NCBI GenBank assembly: GCA_964019335.1 | Contig: OZ025740.1 | Location: 334,859 to 398,858 of the forward strand | DNA: 64,000 nt | DNA from: Diplonema japonicum | Lineage: Eukaryota > Protista > Euglenozoa: Diplonemea | Reading direction: 5' to 3' | Shown: positions 21,943-32,419 of the stretch, piece after piece | Layout of the letters: each line of letters begins with the position of its first letter | Numbering within the stretch: position 1 is the stretch's first letter | Made by a program: the position numbers and the translations under genes | The notes under the pieces: generated by a model | What the model saw: the letters and a program-made list of their open reading frames with translations, nothing else | What the model was told of the DNA's origin: nothing | Database searches by the model: none

Positions 21943-24900
21943 ATGCGTCTGCTTGCGTTGTTGTCGCTGCTGGCGACCTGTTGTGGGAAGCGGTACTTCG
22001 CCGACACAGCACTGTGGCACCAAGACCGGTCCGGGTCTGCGAAGCACCCCGACTCCGACAGGGTGATAGCGTGGATGGAGGCGGGGAACGGGTTCGGGAC
22101 GGCGAACCAGTTTCGAGCGGACCTGTCGTTCCATCTGTTTGAGGTGAACGGGAGCACACCGTGGCGGGCCTTCACGAAGACGTCGGAGTTCTACGACGGG
22201 GAGTGCGACCATGCGGTGATGCCGGTTCCCGAGTTTGGGAGGATCGAGGGGGAGGCGGACTACCACTGCGCAGGGGGCGGGGACTGCCACCTCCTCGCAG
22301 TCGACTACTCGAAGAACAAGATCTACGAGATGTGGAGGGCGGAGATCGGGAACGGGCGCTACAACGGGAACCCCTTCCACGGGGGGTGCACGTCGGTGTG
22401 GGACATGTCGGAGGCCTATGGGTGGGACGTTCCGGTGTCGGATTTTTCGAACTACGGGAGGGGGCTGGACTGCACGAGCGCGGACGCGGCGGGGATCCCG
22501 ATCACCCCGATGCTCTTCACGGCGGACGAGCTCGCGAGCGGGGTGATCGACCACGCCCTGCGCTTCGTGCTCCCGAACAAGAACCTGCGGGCCCGAAAGT
22601 ACGTGTACCCGGCGACCCACTCGACGAACCCGACGAGGGGCCCGGACTCGGCACCACCCTACGGGGCGCACCTCCGTCTGAAGTCGATGGCGGACCTGCA
22701 GGCGCGAAACCCGTCTGTCGACTTCGGGAAGCTCCCTTCGGGGGCACAGGTCATCATCACCGCCCTGCAGACGTATGGGATGTTCATGGCAGACGGGGGA
22801 AACGTCCCGCTCATCGGGCTGAGCGACCACTACACGACCGCGAAGTACTGGGACCGCGCGAACTACGCCTACGGGGACGAGGACCCCAACAGGCTCTTCC
22901 ACGAGCACGACCTGAAGTTCCTCTCCCCGGGCGACTTCGACATGCTCGACAACGGTGGGCCCGTCCGCTCCCTCGGTGACGTCGGTTGCTCCCTCCGCTT
23001 TCCCTGGTCGGAGCCCACCAACGCTCCCCCGGTTCCCCTCTCTCCTTCTCCCGACACACCTGCCCCGGCCACTCCTTCTCCTGCAACACCAGCTCCTCTG
23101 ACACCTTCTCCGAACACACCTGCACCGGTCACACCTTCTCCAGACACACCTGCTCCGAACACACCAGCTCCTCTGACACCTTCTCCGAACACACCTGCAC
23201 CAGTTACTCCTTTTCCTGCAACACCAGCACCTTTGACACCTTCTCCTGACACTCTTTCTCCAGTCACCCCTTCTCCCGACACACCTGCCCCGGCCACTCT
23301 TTCTCCTGCAACACCAGCTCCTCTGACACTTGCCCCGGTCACTCCTTCTCCAGACACACCTGCTCCGGCCACTCCATTTCCCTCTACCCCAACACCTCTG
23401 ACACCTTCTCCGAACACTCCTGCACCGGTTACCCCTTCTCCCAACACACATGCTCCAGTCACTCCTTCTCCCGACACACCTGCCCCGGCCACACCAGTTC
23501 CTCTGACACCTTCTCCCAACACACCTGCTCCGACCACTCCATTTCCCTCTACCCCAACACCTCTGACACCTTCTCCGAACACTCCTGCACCAGTTACTCC
23601 TTTTCCTGCTACACCAGCACCTTTGACAGCTTCCCCTGACACTCGTGCTCCAGTCACTCCTTCTCCCGACACACCTGCCCCGGCCACACCAGTTCCTCTG
23701 ACACCTTCTCCGAACACTCCTGCCCGAGTCACTCGTTCTCCCGACACATCTGCTCCGGCCACTCCTTTTCCTGCTACACCAACACCTCTGACACCTTCCC
23801 CTGACACTTCTGCTCCAGTCACCCCTTTTCCTGTAACACCAACACCTCTATCACCTTCCCCTGACACCACTGCTCCGGTCACTCCTTCTCCCGACACTCC
23901 TTTTCCTGCTACACCAACACCTCTGACATCTTCCCCTGACACTCCTGCTCCAGTCACCCCTTCTCCCAACACTCCTGCTCCCATCACTCCTTCTCCTGAT
24001 ACCCCTTTTCCTGCTACCCCAGCTCCTCTGACACCTTCCCCAGAGACACCTGCTCCTGACACGGAAGCACCCGACACACTTGTTCCGGTTACAAGTCTTC
24101 CTGTAACACAGCCACCTGTGACCCCAGCTCCGCTCACTCCTTCTCCGAAAACACCTGCCCCCAACACACCTTCCCCTGCAACTCCATCACCCGAGACACC
24201 TACTCCTCCTACTCCAGCACCCCAGACACCTGCTCCTGACACACCAACTCCTGCTACCCCAGCACCTCAAACACCTCCTTCCACTCCCGAACCACAGACA
24301 CCTGCTCCTGACACTCCTGCCCCGGTCACTCCCTTTCCTGTTACAGCACCTTTGACACCTTCTCCAGAGACATCTGCTCCTGACACACCTGTTCCGATTA
24401 CAGGTCACCCTGCAACACAGCCACCTGTGACCCCAGCTCCGCTCACTCCTTCTCCGAAAACACCTGCCCCCGACACACCTTCCCCTGCAACTTCATCACC
24501 GCAGATGCCTTCTCCTGCAACCCCAACACCTACTCCTAGCACCCCAGAACCACAGACACCAACTCCTGCTACTCCAGCACCCTTGACACCTTTCCCTAAC
24601 ACACCTTTCCCTGCACCCCAGACACCAACTCCTTATACACCGGAACCGCAGATGACACCTGCTCCTGACACACCAACTCCTGCTACCCCAGCGCCCCAGA
24701 CACCTCTTTCCACTCCTGAACCACAGAAGACACCTGTTCCTGACACCCCAGAACCACAGACACCTACTCCTTCTCCTGCTACTGCAGCTGCAACAGGAGC
24801 CCCCTACACACCTTCTCCGGTGACCCCTTCCCCAGAAACAAGCGCGCCAGACACTCTGGCACCCGTGACTGGCCTTCCAACAAGTGCAACCATGAACCCC

Positions 24901-25560
24901 TCACCTGTGACCCTGGCACCCTCCACACTGGGACCTCTTCCTGCAGGGACCACTTACTCCCCTGGGACAACAGCCCTTCCTGCAACACAGGCACCTGACA
25001 CGAGCTCACCTTCATCCTCAGTTCCCAAGACAGCAACACCTTCAACCCTCGCACCACTTCCACCTGGAACCACTAACTCCCCAAGGGCAACAGCAGTCCC
25101 TACAATGCAACCTGACACGAGTGCTCCTTTGACTTCAGTTCCCAAGACAGCAACACCTTCAACACTCGCGCCCCTGTCCCCTGGAACCACCTATGCACCT
25201 GGGACAACAGCCCTTCCTGCAACACAGGCACCTGACACGAGCTCACCTTCCACAACTGCTGCTGCGACAGATGCCCCGAAGACGGATTCCCCTGTTGTCG
25301 GTGGGGAGAAGACGGAGGCACCTCAGACCGAAGCTCCCGATGGTGGTGATGGGGTGGCGTGGTGGGTCATTGTCCTCATTGCGGCCTTGGTGCTGGGGTC
25401 GTGTGGTGGTGCTACCTTGCTGTGGAAGCAGAGGGGGAGGAAGGGAGAGGTGACACTTGCCGAGATGCTGAGGGAAATAGAAGCCACGGAGCTCAGCCTG
25501 CCACGCCAAGATGGGCACCAGCTGATGGCAGGGACAGGGTACGTCCCCACCCGTATCTAA
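21943..25560 (+). CDS. Type I surface protein copy 2 (1205 aa, longest stalk)
   Basis: Head domain identical to copy 3 and differs from copy 1 by one residue (YDGEC vs YDREC); expanded TP-rich stalk; TM. Confidence 0.9.
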   Translation: MRLLALLSLLATCCGKRYFADTALWHQDRSGSAKHPDSDRVIAWMEAGNGFGTANQFRADLSFHLFEVNGSTPWRAFTKTSEFYDGECDHAVMPVPEFGRIEGEADYHCAGGGDCHLLAVDYSKNKIYEMWRAEIGNGRYNGNPFHGGCTSVWDMSEAYGWDVPVSDFSNYGRGLDCTSADAAGIPITPMLFTADELASGVIDHALRFVLPNKNLRARKYVYPATHSTNPTRGPDSAPPYGAHLRLKSMADLQARNPSVDFGKLPSGAQVIITALQTYGMFMADGGNVPLIGLSDHYTTAKYWDRANYAYGDEDPNRLFHEHDLKFLSPGDFDMLDNGGPVRSLGDVGCSLRFPWSEPTNAPPVPLSPSPDTPAPATPSPATPAPLTPSPNTPAPVTPSPDTPAPNTPAPLTPSPNTPAPVTPFPATPAPLTPSPDTLSPVTPSPDTPAPATLSPATPAPLTLAPVTPSPDTPAPATPFPSTPTPLTPSPNTPAPVTPSPNTHAPVTPSPDTPAPATPVPLTPSPNTPAPTTPFPSTPTPLTPSPNTPAPVTPFPATPAPLTASPDTRAPVTPSPDTPAPATPVPLTPSPNTPARVTRSPDTSAPATPFPATPTPLTPSPDTSAPVTPFPVTPTPLSPSPDTTAPVTPSPDTPFPATPTPLTSSPDTPAPVTPSPNTPAPITPSPDTPFPATPAPLTPSPETPAPDTEAPDTLVPVTSLPVTQPPVTPAPLTPSPKTPAPNTPSPATPSPETPTPPTPAPQTPAPDTPTPATPAPQTPPSTPEPQTPAPDTPAPVTPFPVTAPLTPSPETSAPDTPVPITGHPATQPPVTPAPLTPSPKTPAPDTPSPATSSPQMPSPATPTPTPSTPEPQTPTPATPAPLTPFPNTPFPAPQTPTPYTPEPQMTPAPDTPTPATPAPQTPLSTPEPQKTPVPDTPEPQTPTPSPATAAATGAPYTPSPVTPSPETSAPDTLAPVTGLPTSATMNPSPVTLAPSTLGPLPAGTTYSPGTTALPATQAPDTSSPSSSVPKTATPSTLAPLPPGTTNSPRATAVPTMQPDTSAPLTSVPKTATPSTLAPLSPGTTYAPGTTALPATQAPDTSSPSTTAAATDAPKTDSPVVGGEKTEAPQTEAPDGGDGVAWWVIVLIAALVLGSCGGATLLWKQRGRKGEVTLAEMLREIEATELSLPRQDGHQLMAGTGYVPTRI

Positions 25561-26630
25561 AGTTGTTCTTATTTCCCAACCTTTCCACCCCTCCTCTGAC
25601 CCTTGAGACCTGACTGAACTTAGTTTCGGGCACTTCGAGGACATAGAGACTTATTAAACTTTCCCGCCTCTTTACTTTTTTCGTTTTCTGTTTGGGTTGA
25701 GGGGAAAGCAAGTAAAAGAAAAGCTGTTTGTCAATTTCGAATCTTTGTGTGATAATGTATTTGTTAAAGTTCCTTCCTCTCTTTTATAAGCAGCGATTCT
25801 ATCTTGTTTTTCTTCTCTCCTTCGTCTTGCTTTTTTAGCGTAAAGAAAAGAGCCATATCTTCTTCATCTATTAGTAGTTGTTTTCTCTCTTCCACTGTTT
25901 TAATTTCTACTTTTGTTTTTTTTATAGTGAATTCTTTTTTCTTCTCGGTTCCAACTGGAAAACTCCCCCACCTTTAAAAGGGTCCACCCTTCTCCTTAAA
26001 CGGAAAAAGGGAAAATAACAGAATGAAAAAGAAAAATAAGAGGTATTTCTGAGAAAACGAAAGCCTTTTAATGTTATGCATTTAATTCTTGCAAAAAAAA
26101 AAAACTTTTTTTCTTCTCCAGTTTCATTCCTTTCTGCTGTTTTGAAGACCCCTCAGGGGTTTGTTTACAAGAACAAAGCAGAGAGCCTGGACACTCTTTT
26201 TTTTTAAATTCTTTTTATGCGTATTCTTTTCCCCTTAACCTTTACCATCGAAAGAAAAAAGAAGGAAAAAAAAAAAAAAAAAAAAAGGCAAATATCGCTG
26301 TATGTTTTTTTTTTTTCCCTTCCTTTTTTTTTTGATACTGATTCGAAAGGGATCAAAGAAGAAACAAAAAACAAAAACACCCTCTAGCCCATGTGCCGCT
26401 CCTTCCCATTGGGTAAGGAGGACGGTATCACAGCACACGGCAGCCCCAATTGGGGGGCTCCGGTTGCAGGATTTCGGGTAGCTATAAATGTAGGTACCCC
26501 CAAAACCAACAATCTATCAGAGAGGAGGCCTTCTTCCCTCTTTCTCTTTTCTATTTATTTTTCCTCCTCCCCCCAGAAAATCTAACTCCTTTTATTTCTG
26601 TAAAAAAAACAATATAAAATACGATTACTC
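25561..26630. repeat. ~1.07 kb near-identical intergenic duplication (second copy 30332-31405)
   Basis: Sequence after the stops of copies 2 and 3 matches except for homopolymer lengths. Confidence 0.9.
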
Positions 26631-26760
26631 CCCCCTTCCCCTTCCCCTTCCCCTTCCCCTTCCCCCTTCCCCTTCCCCTTCCCCTTCCCCTTCCCCTTCC
26701 CCTTCCCCTTCCCCTTCCCCCTTCCCCTTCCCCTTCCCCTTCCCCTTCCCCCTCCCCCTC
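26630..26760. repeat. (CCCCTT)n microsatellite, about 20 units
   Basis: Directly visible; only a ~20-bp C-rich seed is present at the paralogous site 31400. Confidence 0.9.
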
Positions 26761-26955
26761 CTGCTAGACGTCACAAAACAAAAATATCTTTTTTGTTAAG
26801 ACAGCAAAAGGAAAAAGAAATCCTACCTCCCTCTCCCCTTTCCTCTCTCCCTTTATATTCCGTTATGGTACAATCAAGCAAAAAAAAAAAAAAAGAAGGA
26901 AAAAAAAAGGAGATTTACACAAATACAATTAAAATGAAAAGGCAACGAAAAGGCC

Positions 26956-27511
26956 ATGCATCACTTGCCTTGGCATTGTTGTTCCTGTCTGTGACATGTG
27001 CGGGTGACAACAGCCAGTGGTTGGAGTTCAGCAAGGATGACAGCAACATGAACAGGTTAAGGTGCAGTGTGTGCCTGCGGACGATGGAAGACGTGGCGGC
27101 ACACCTGCAAGCTATCAAAGAAGACCTGCACGCTGAAGTCCCTCGAGCCGCCAAGCTATGAATATCGCTACCTTCAAGGACGACATCCGTGGGTGTTCCT
27201 TCAGTCCTCGCGTCTCATGGCGGAGACCAGCGGAGCACCTCGTCTCTAGTCTCTACCAGACTTACAACGTTGAGTCTAGGAGTTTCCATCACCCTTCTTC
27301 GCCGGACAGTACCCTGGTCTGCCTCGTGTTCACTGTCTTAGGGTGGGGAGACTGTAGCCTTGACTGGAGCCTTCACGTTAGCTGGTGGAACGGAATGTCT
27401 CCTTCGAAATGTCCCCAAAGTGAGAAGGCGCGCTCGTACGCTACCGCCCTGGCCCTCCCATCATGGAGAAGTGTAAGCAGCGGTGCCTCACTGCCTCGAT
27501 GCTGTTCATGA
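26956..27511 (+). pseudogene. Truncated/chimeric copy of the saposin-like gene
   Basis: 26956-27122 is nearly identical to the 5' end of the 31669 gene; downstream is diverged and deleted (MNIATFKD vs MDIPTFKD) with a frame break. Confidence 0.7.
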
Positions 27512-27621
27512 ACACACAAGGAGGCGTAGCAATGCACACACCCCTCCATTCGTTTTTTCAATTTTTAAAGTTTTCTGCTCCTTTGCCTTTTCTTTTTTAA
27601 AACATCACTCTTTTGTTAAAG

Positions 27622-27656
<35 letters not shown>

Positions 27657-27661
27657 AAGCG

Positions 27662-30331
27662 ATGCGTCTGCTTGCGTTGTTGTCGCTGCTGGCGACCTGT
27701 TGTGGGAAGCGGTACTTCGCCGACACAGCACTGTGGCACCAAGACCGGTCCGGGTCTGCGAAGCACCCCGACTCCGACAGGGTGATAGCGTGGATGGAGG
27801 CGGGGAACGGGTTCGGGACGGCGAACCAGTTTCGAGCGGACCTGTCGTTCCATCTGTTTGAGGTGAACGGGAGCACACCGTGGCGGGCCTTCACGAAGAC
27901 GTCGGAGTTCTACGACGGGGAGTGCGACCATGCGGTGATGCCGGTTCCCGAGTTTGGGAGGATCGAGGGGGAGGCGGACTACCACTGCGCAGGGGGCGGG
28001 GACTGCCACCTCCTCGCAGTCGACTACTCGAAGAACAAGATCTACGAGATGTGGAGGGCGGAGATCGGGAACGGGCGCTACAACGGGAACCCCTTCCACG
28101 GGGGGTGCACGTCGGTGTGGGACATGTCGGAGGCCTATGGGTGGGACGTTCCGGTGTCGGATTTTTCGAACTACGGGAGGGGGCTGGACTGCACGAGCGC
28201 GGACGCGGCGGGGATCCCGATCACCCCGATGCTCTTCACGGCGGACGAGCTCGCGAGCGGGGTGATCGACCACGCCCTGCGCTTCGTGCTCCCGAACAAG
28301 AACCTGCGGGCCCGAAAGTACGTGTACCCGGCGACCCACTCGACGAACCCGACGAGGGGCCCGGACTCGGCACCACCCTACGGGGCGCACCTCCGTCTGA
28401 AGTCGATGGCGGACCTGCAGGCGCGAAACCCGTCTGTCGACTTCGGGAAGCTCCCTTCGGGGGCACAGGTCATCATCACCGCCCTGCAGACGTATGGGAT
28501 GTTCATGGCAGACGGGGGAAACGTCCCGCTCATCGGGCTGAGCGACCACTACACGACCGCGAAGTACTGGGACCGCGCGAACTACGCCTACGGGGACGAG
28601 GACCCCAACAGGCTCTTCCACGAGCACGACCTGAAGTTCCTCTCCCCGGGCGACTTCGACATGCTCGACAACGGTGGGCCCGTCCGCTCCCTCGGTGACG
28701 TCGGTTGCTCCCTCCGCTTTCCCTGGTCGGAGCCCACCAACGCTCCCCCGGTTCCCCTCTCTCCTTCTCCCGACACACCTGCCCCGGCCACTCCTTCTCC
28801 TGCAACACCAGCTCCTCTGACACCTTCTCCGAACACACCTGCACCGGTCACACCTTCTCCAGACACACCTGCTCCGAACACACCAGCTCCTCTGACACCT
28901 TCTCCGAACACACCTGCACCAGTTACTCCTTTTCCTGCAACACCAGCACCTTTGACACCTTCTCCTGACACTCTTTCTCCAGTCACCCCTTCTCCCGACA
29001 CACCTGCCCCAGTCACTCCTTCTCTAGACACACCTGCTCCGGCCACTTTAGCTCCTCTGACACCTTCTCCGAACACACCTGCTCCTCTGACACCTGCCCC
29101 GGTCACTCCTTTTCCTGCAACACCAGCTCCTCTGACACCTGCACCGGTCACTCCTTCTCCCAACACACCCGCTCCGGCCACTCCATTTCCCTCTACCCCA
29201 ACACCTCTGACACCTTCTCCGAACACTCCTGCTCCAGTTACTCCCTCTCCAGACACCCCTTTTCCTGCAACACCAACACCTCTGTCAGCTTCCCCAAAGA
29301 CATCTGCTCCTGACACACCTGTTCCGGTTACAGGTCACCCTACGTCACAGCTACCTGTGACCCCAGCTCCGCTCACTCCTTCTCCGAAAACACCTGCCCC
29401 CGACACACCTTCCCCTGCTACTCCATCACCCCCAACACCTTCCCCTAACAAACCTTCTCCTGCTACTCCAGCACCCTTGACACCTTCTCCCGACACACCA
29501 ACTCCTGCTACCGCACCTTCTCCGGTGACCCCTTCCCCAGAAACAAGCGCACCAGACACTCTGGCACCCGTGACTGGCCTTCCAACAAGTGCAACCATGA
29601 ACCCCTCACCTGTGACCCTGGCACCCTCCACACTGGGACCTCTTCCTGCAGGGACCACTTACTCCCCTGGGACAACAGCCCTTCTTGCAACACAGGCACC
29701 TGACACGAGCTCACCTTCATCCTCAGTTCCCAAGACGGCAACACCTTCAACCCTCGCACCACTCCCCCCTGGAACCACTAACTCCCCAGGGACAACAGCA
29801 GTCCCTGCACCACAAGCACCTGACACGAGTGCTCCTTTGACTTCAGTTCCCACGACAGCATCATCTTCAACACTCGCACCGTCACCCCCTGGAACCACCT
29901 ATGCACCTGGGACAACAGCCCTTCCTGCAACACAGGCACCTGACACGAGCTCACCTTCCACAAGTGTGCCAACAGCTGTACCTGCTGGGTCTGCCACAAA
30001 GGTGCCGAGGACGACGACAGGTTCTCCTGCTGCTGCGACAGATGCCCCGAAGACGGATTCCCCTGTTGTCGGTGGGGAGAAGACGGAGGCACCTCAGACC
30101 GAAGCTCCCGATGGTGGTGATGGGGTGGCGTGGTGGGTCATTGTCCTCATTGCGGCCTTGGTGCTGGGGTCGTGTGGTGGTGCTACCTTGCTGTGGAAGC
30201 AGAGGGGGAGGAAGGGAGAGGTGACACTTACCGAGATGCTGAAGGAAGTAGAAGCCACGGAGCTCAGCCTGCCACGCCAAGATGGGCACCAGCTGATGGC
30301 AGGGACAGGGTACGTCCCCACCCGTATCTAA
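27662..30331 (+). CDS. Type I surface protein copy 3 (889 aa)
   Basis: Same architecture; C-terminal part is a mosaic of copies 1 and 2. Confidence 0.9.
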   Translation: MRLLALLSLLATCCGKRYFADTALWHQDRSGSAKHPDSDRVIAWMEAGNGFGTANQFRADLSFHLFEVNGSTPWRAFTKTSEFYDGECDHAVMPVPEFGRIEGEADYHCAGGGDCHLLAVDYSKNKIYEMWRAEIGNGRYNGNPFHGGCTSVWDMSEAYGWDVPVSDFSNYGRGLDCTSADAAGIPITPMLFTADELASGVIDHALRFVLPNKNLRARKYVYPATHSTNPTRGPDSAPPYGAHLRLKSMADLQARNPSVDFGKLPSGAQVIITALQTYGMFMADGGNVPLIGLSDHYTTAKYWDRANYAYGDEDPNRLFHEHDLKFLSPGDFDMLDNGGPVRSLGDVGCSLRFPWSEPTNAPPVPLSPSPDTPAPATPSPATPAPLTPSPNTPAPVTPSPDTPAPNTPAPLTPSPNTPAPVTPFPATPAPLTPSPDTLSPVTPSPDTPAPVTPSLDTPAPATLAPLTPSPNTPAPLTPAPVTPFPATPAPLTPAPVTPSPNTPAPATPFPSTPTPLTPSPNTPAPVTPSPDTPFPATPTPLSASPKTSAPDTPVPVTGHPTSQLPVTPAPLTPSPKTPAPDTPSPATPSPPTPSPNKPSPATPAPLTPSPDTPTPATAPSPVTPSPETSAPDTLAPVTGLPTSATMNPSPVTLAPSTLGPLPAGTTYSPGTTALLATQAPDTSSPSSSVPKTATPSTLAPLPPGTTNSPGTTAVPAPQAPDTSAPLTSVPTTASSSTLAPSPPGTTYAPGTTALPATQAPDTSSPSTSVPTAVPAGSATKVPRTTTGSPAAATDAPKTDSPVVGGEKTEAPQTEAPDGGDGVAWWVIVLIAALVLGSCGGATLLWKQRGRKGEVTLTEMLKEVEATELSLPRQDGHQLMAGTGYVPTRI

Positions 30332-31485
30332 AGTTGTTCTTATTTCCCAACCTTTCCACCCCTCCTCTGACCCTTGAGACCTGACTGAACTTAGTTTCGG
30401 GCACTTCGAGGACATAGAGACTTATTAAACTTTCCCGCCTCTTTACTTTTTTCGTTTTCTGTTTGGGTTGAGGGGAAAGCAAGTAAAAGAAAAGCTGTTT
30501 GTCAATTTCGAATCTTTGTGTGATAATGTATTTGTTAAAGTTCCTTCCTCTCTTTTATAAGCAGCGATTCTATCTTGTTTTTCTTCTCTCCTTCGTCTTG
30601 CTTTTTTAGCGTAAAGAAAAGAGCCATATCTTCTTCATCTATTAGTAGTTGTTTTCTCTCTTCCACTGTTTTAATTTCTACTTTTGTTTTTTTTATAGTG
30701 AATTCTTTTTTCTTCTCGGTTCCAACTGGAAAACTCCCCCACCTTTAAAAGGGTCCACCCTTCTCCTTAAACGGAAAAAGGGAAAATAACAGAATGAAAA
30801 AGAAAAATAAGAGGTATTTCTGAGAAAACGAAAGCCTTTTAATGTTATGCATTTAATTCTTGCAAAAAAAAAAAACTTTTTTTCTTCTCCAGTTTCATTC
30901 CTTTCTGCTGTTTTGAAGACCCCTCAGGGGTTTGTTTACAAGAACAAAGCAGAGAGCCTGGACACTCTTTTTTTTTAAATTCTTTTTATGCGTATTCTTT
31001 TCCCCTTAACCTTTACCATCGAAAGAAAAAAGAAGGAAAAAAAAAAAAAAAAAAAAAAGGCAAATATCGCTGTATGTTTTTTTTTTTTCCCTTCCTTTTT
31101 TTTTTGATACTGATTCGAAAGGGATCAAAGAAGAAACAAAAAACAAAAACACCCTCTAGCCCATGTGCCGCTCCTTCCCATTGGGTAAGGAGGACGGTAT
31201 CACAGCACACGGCAGCCCCAATTGGGGGGCTCCGGTTGCAGGATTTCGGGTAGCTATAAATGTAGGTACCCCCAAAACCAACAATCTATCAGAGAGGAGG
31301 CCTTCTTCCCTCTTTCTCTTTTCTATTTATTTTTCCTCCTCCCCCCAGAAAATCTAACTCCTTTTATTTCTGTAAAAAAAACAATATAAAATACGATTAC
31401 TCCCCCCCTCCTCCCCTCCTGCTAGACGGCGCAAAACAAAAATTCTTTTATTTTTTGTTAAGACTGAAGGTTCCAGAGACTGAAG

Positions 31486-31521
<36 letters not shown>

Positions 31522-31668
31522 ATCCGTCCCTTCCCTCTCCCTTTTTCCTCTCCCCTGTTATACTCCTTTATTATGGTACCATCATAATCATCCAAAAAAA
31601 AAAAAAAAAAAAAAAAAAGGAATTACACAAATAATAAAATAAATAAAAAACAAGGCGACGAAAAGGCC

Positions 31669-32265
31669 ATGCATGCCCCACTTGCCTTGGCATTGTTGTT
31701 CCTGTCTGTGACATGTGCGGGTGACAACAGCCAGTGGTTGGAGTTCAGCAAGGATGACAGCAACATGAACAGGTTAAGGTGCAGTGTGTGCCTGCGGACG
31801 ATGGAAGACGTGGCGGCACACCTGCAAGCTATCAAAGAAATGCGCGGTGCTGGCGTCTCGGGGGAGATGGTGGAGCGCTCCCTCAAGAATATGTGTGAGA
31901 AGGCGGAACATCAGTTCTGGGCCATGAAGTGGACCCCTGCAGGACCTGCTGAGCTAAAGTACCTCAAGAGGTACGACATCCACGAGGAGGAGGCACGCAC
32001 CACTGCAGAGCTAGCCAACCTCGGTGCTGATATGGATATCCCTACCTTCAAGGACCCCGAGTCTTACTTCGGCACGCAGGCACAGCAGCAGTGGGCAAAG
32101 AAGCTTTACTTGTCAACCTGCAACGAGGTGCTTCAGAAGATGCCCTACACGAAGTGGGCCGCAGAAGGGACAACACCTGTGTACCCAAAGGACTGCCCTC
32201 TAGACACGTGTAAGAATGACCCCTCACTGCATGCGGTGTTCGTGGACGTGAACGGCCGGTCTTGA
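31669..32265 (+). CDS. Secreted/ER saposin-like protein (MZB1/Canopy-like)
   Basis: Signal peptide; LRCSVC...KNMC...STCNEVL...DCPLDTC six-Cys saposin-like spacing. Confidence 0.6.
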   Translation: MHAPLALALLFLSVTCAGDNSQWLEFSKDDSNMNRLRCSVCLRTMEDVAAHLQAIKEMRGAGVSGEMVERSLKNMCEKAEHQFWAMKWTPAGPAELKYLKRYDIHEEEARTTAELANLGADMDIPTFKDPESYFGTQAQQQWAKKLYLSTCNEVLQKMPYTKWAAEGTTPVYPKDCPLDTCKNDPSLHAVFVDVNGRS

Positions 32266-32419
32266 AGACATGAGGATTACCTATTTCCCTCTCCTTAGCA
32301 GGAAAAAAAAAAAAAAAAAAAAGTTAAAAAAGTTCTGGTTTTTTTTTTTTTTTTTTTTTTAAATTTCTTTTTTAAAGTTTTTCTTTTTTCTTTTTTACTC
32401 TCATTTCTTGAGATGCAAA

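Noticed and set aside
26630-26760. Interstitial telomere
   Set aside because: Unit is CCCCTT rather than CCCTAA, and it expanded from a local seed.
17547-29316. Long antisense and alternative-frame ORFs over the surface-protein genes (567, 521, 457, 340, 272 aa)
   Set aside because: By-products of GC3-rich codons and Pro/Thr repeats lacking stops in other frames.
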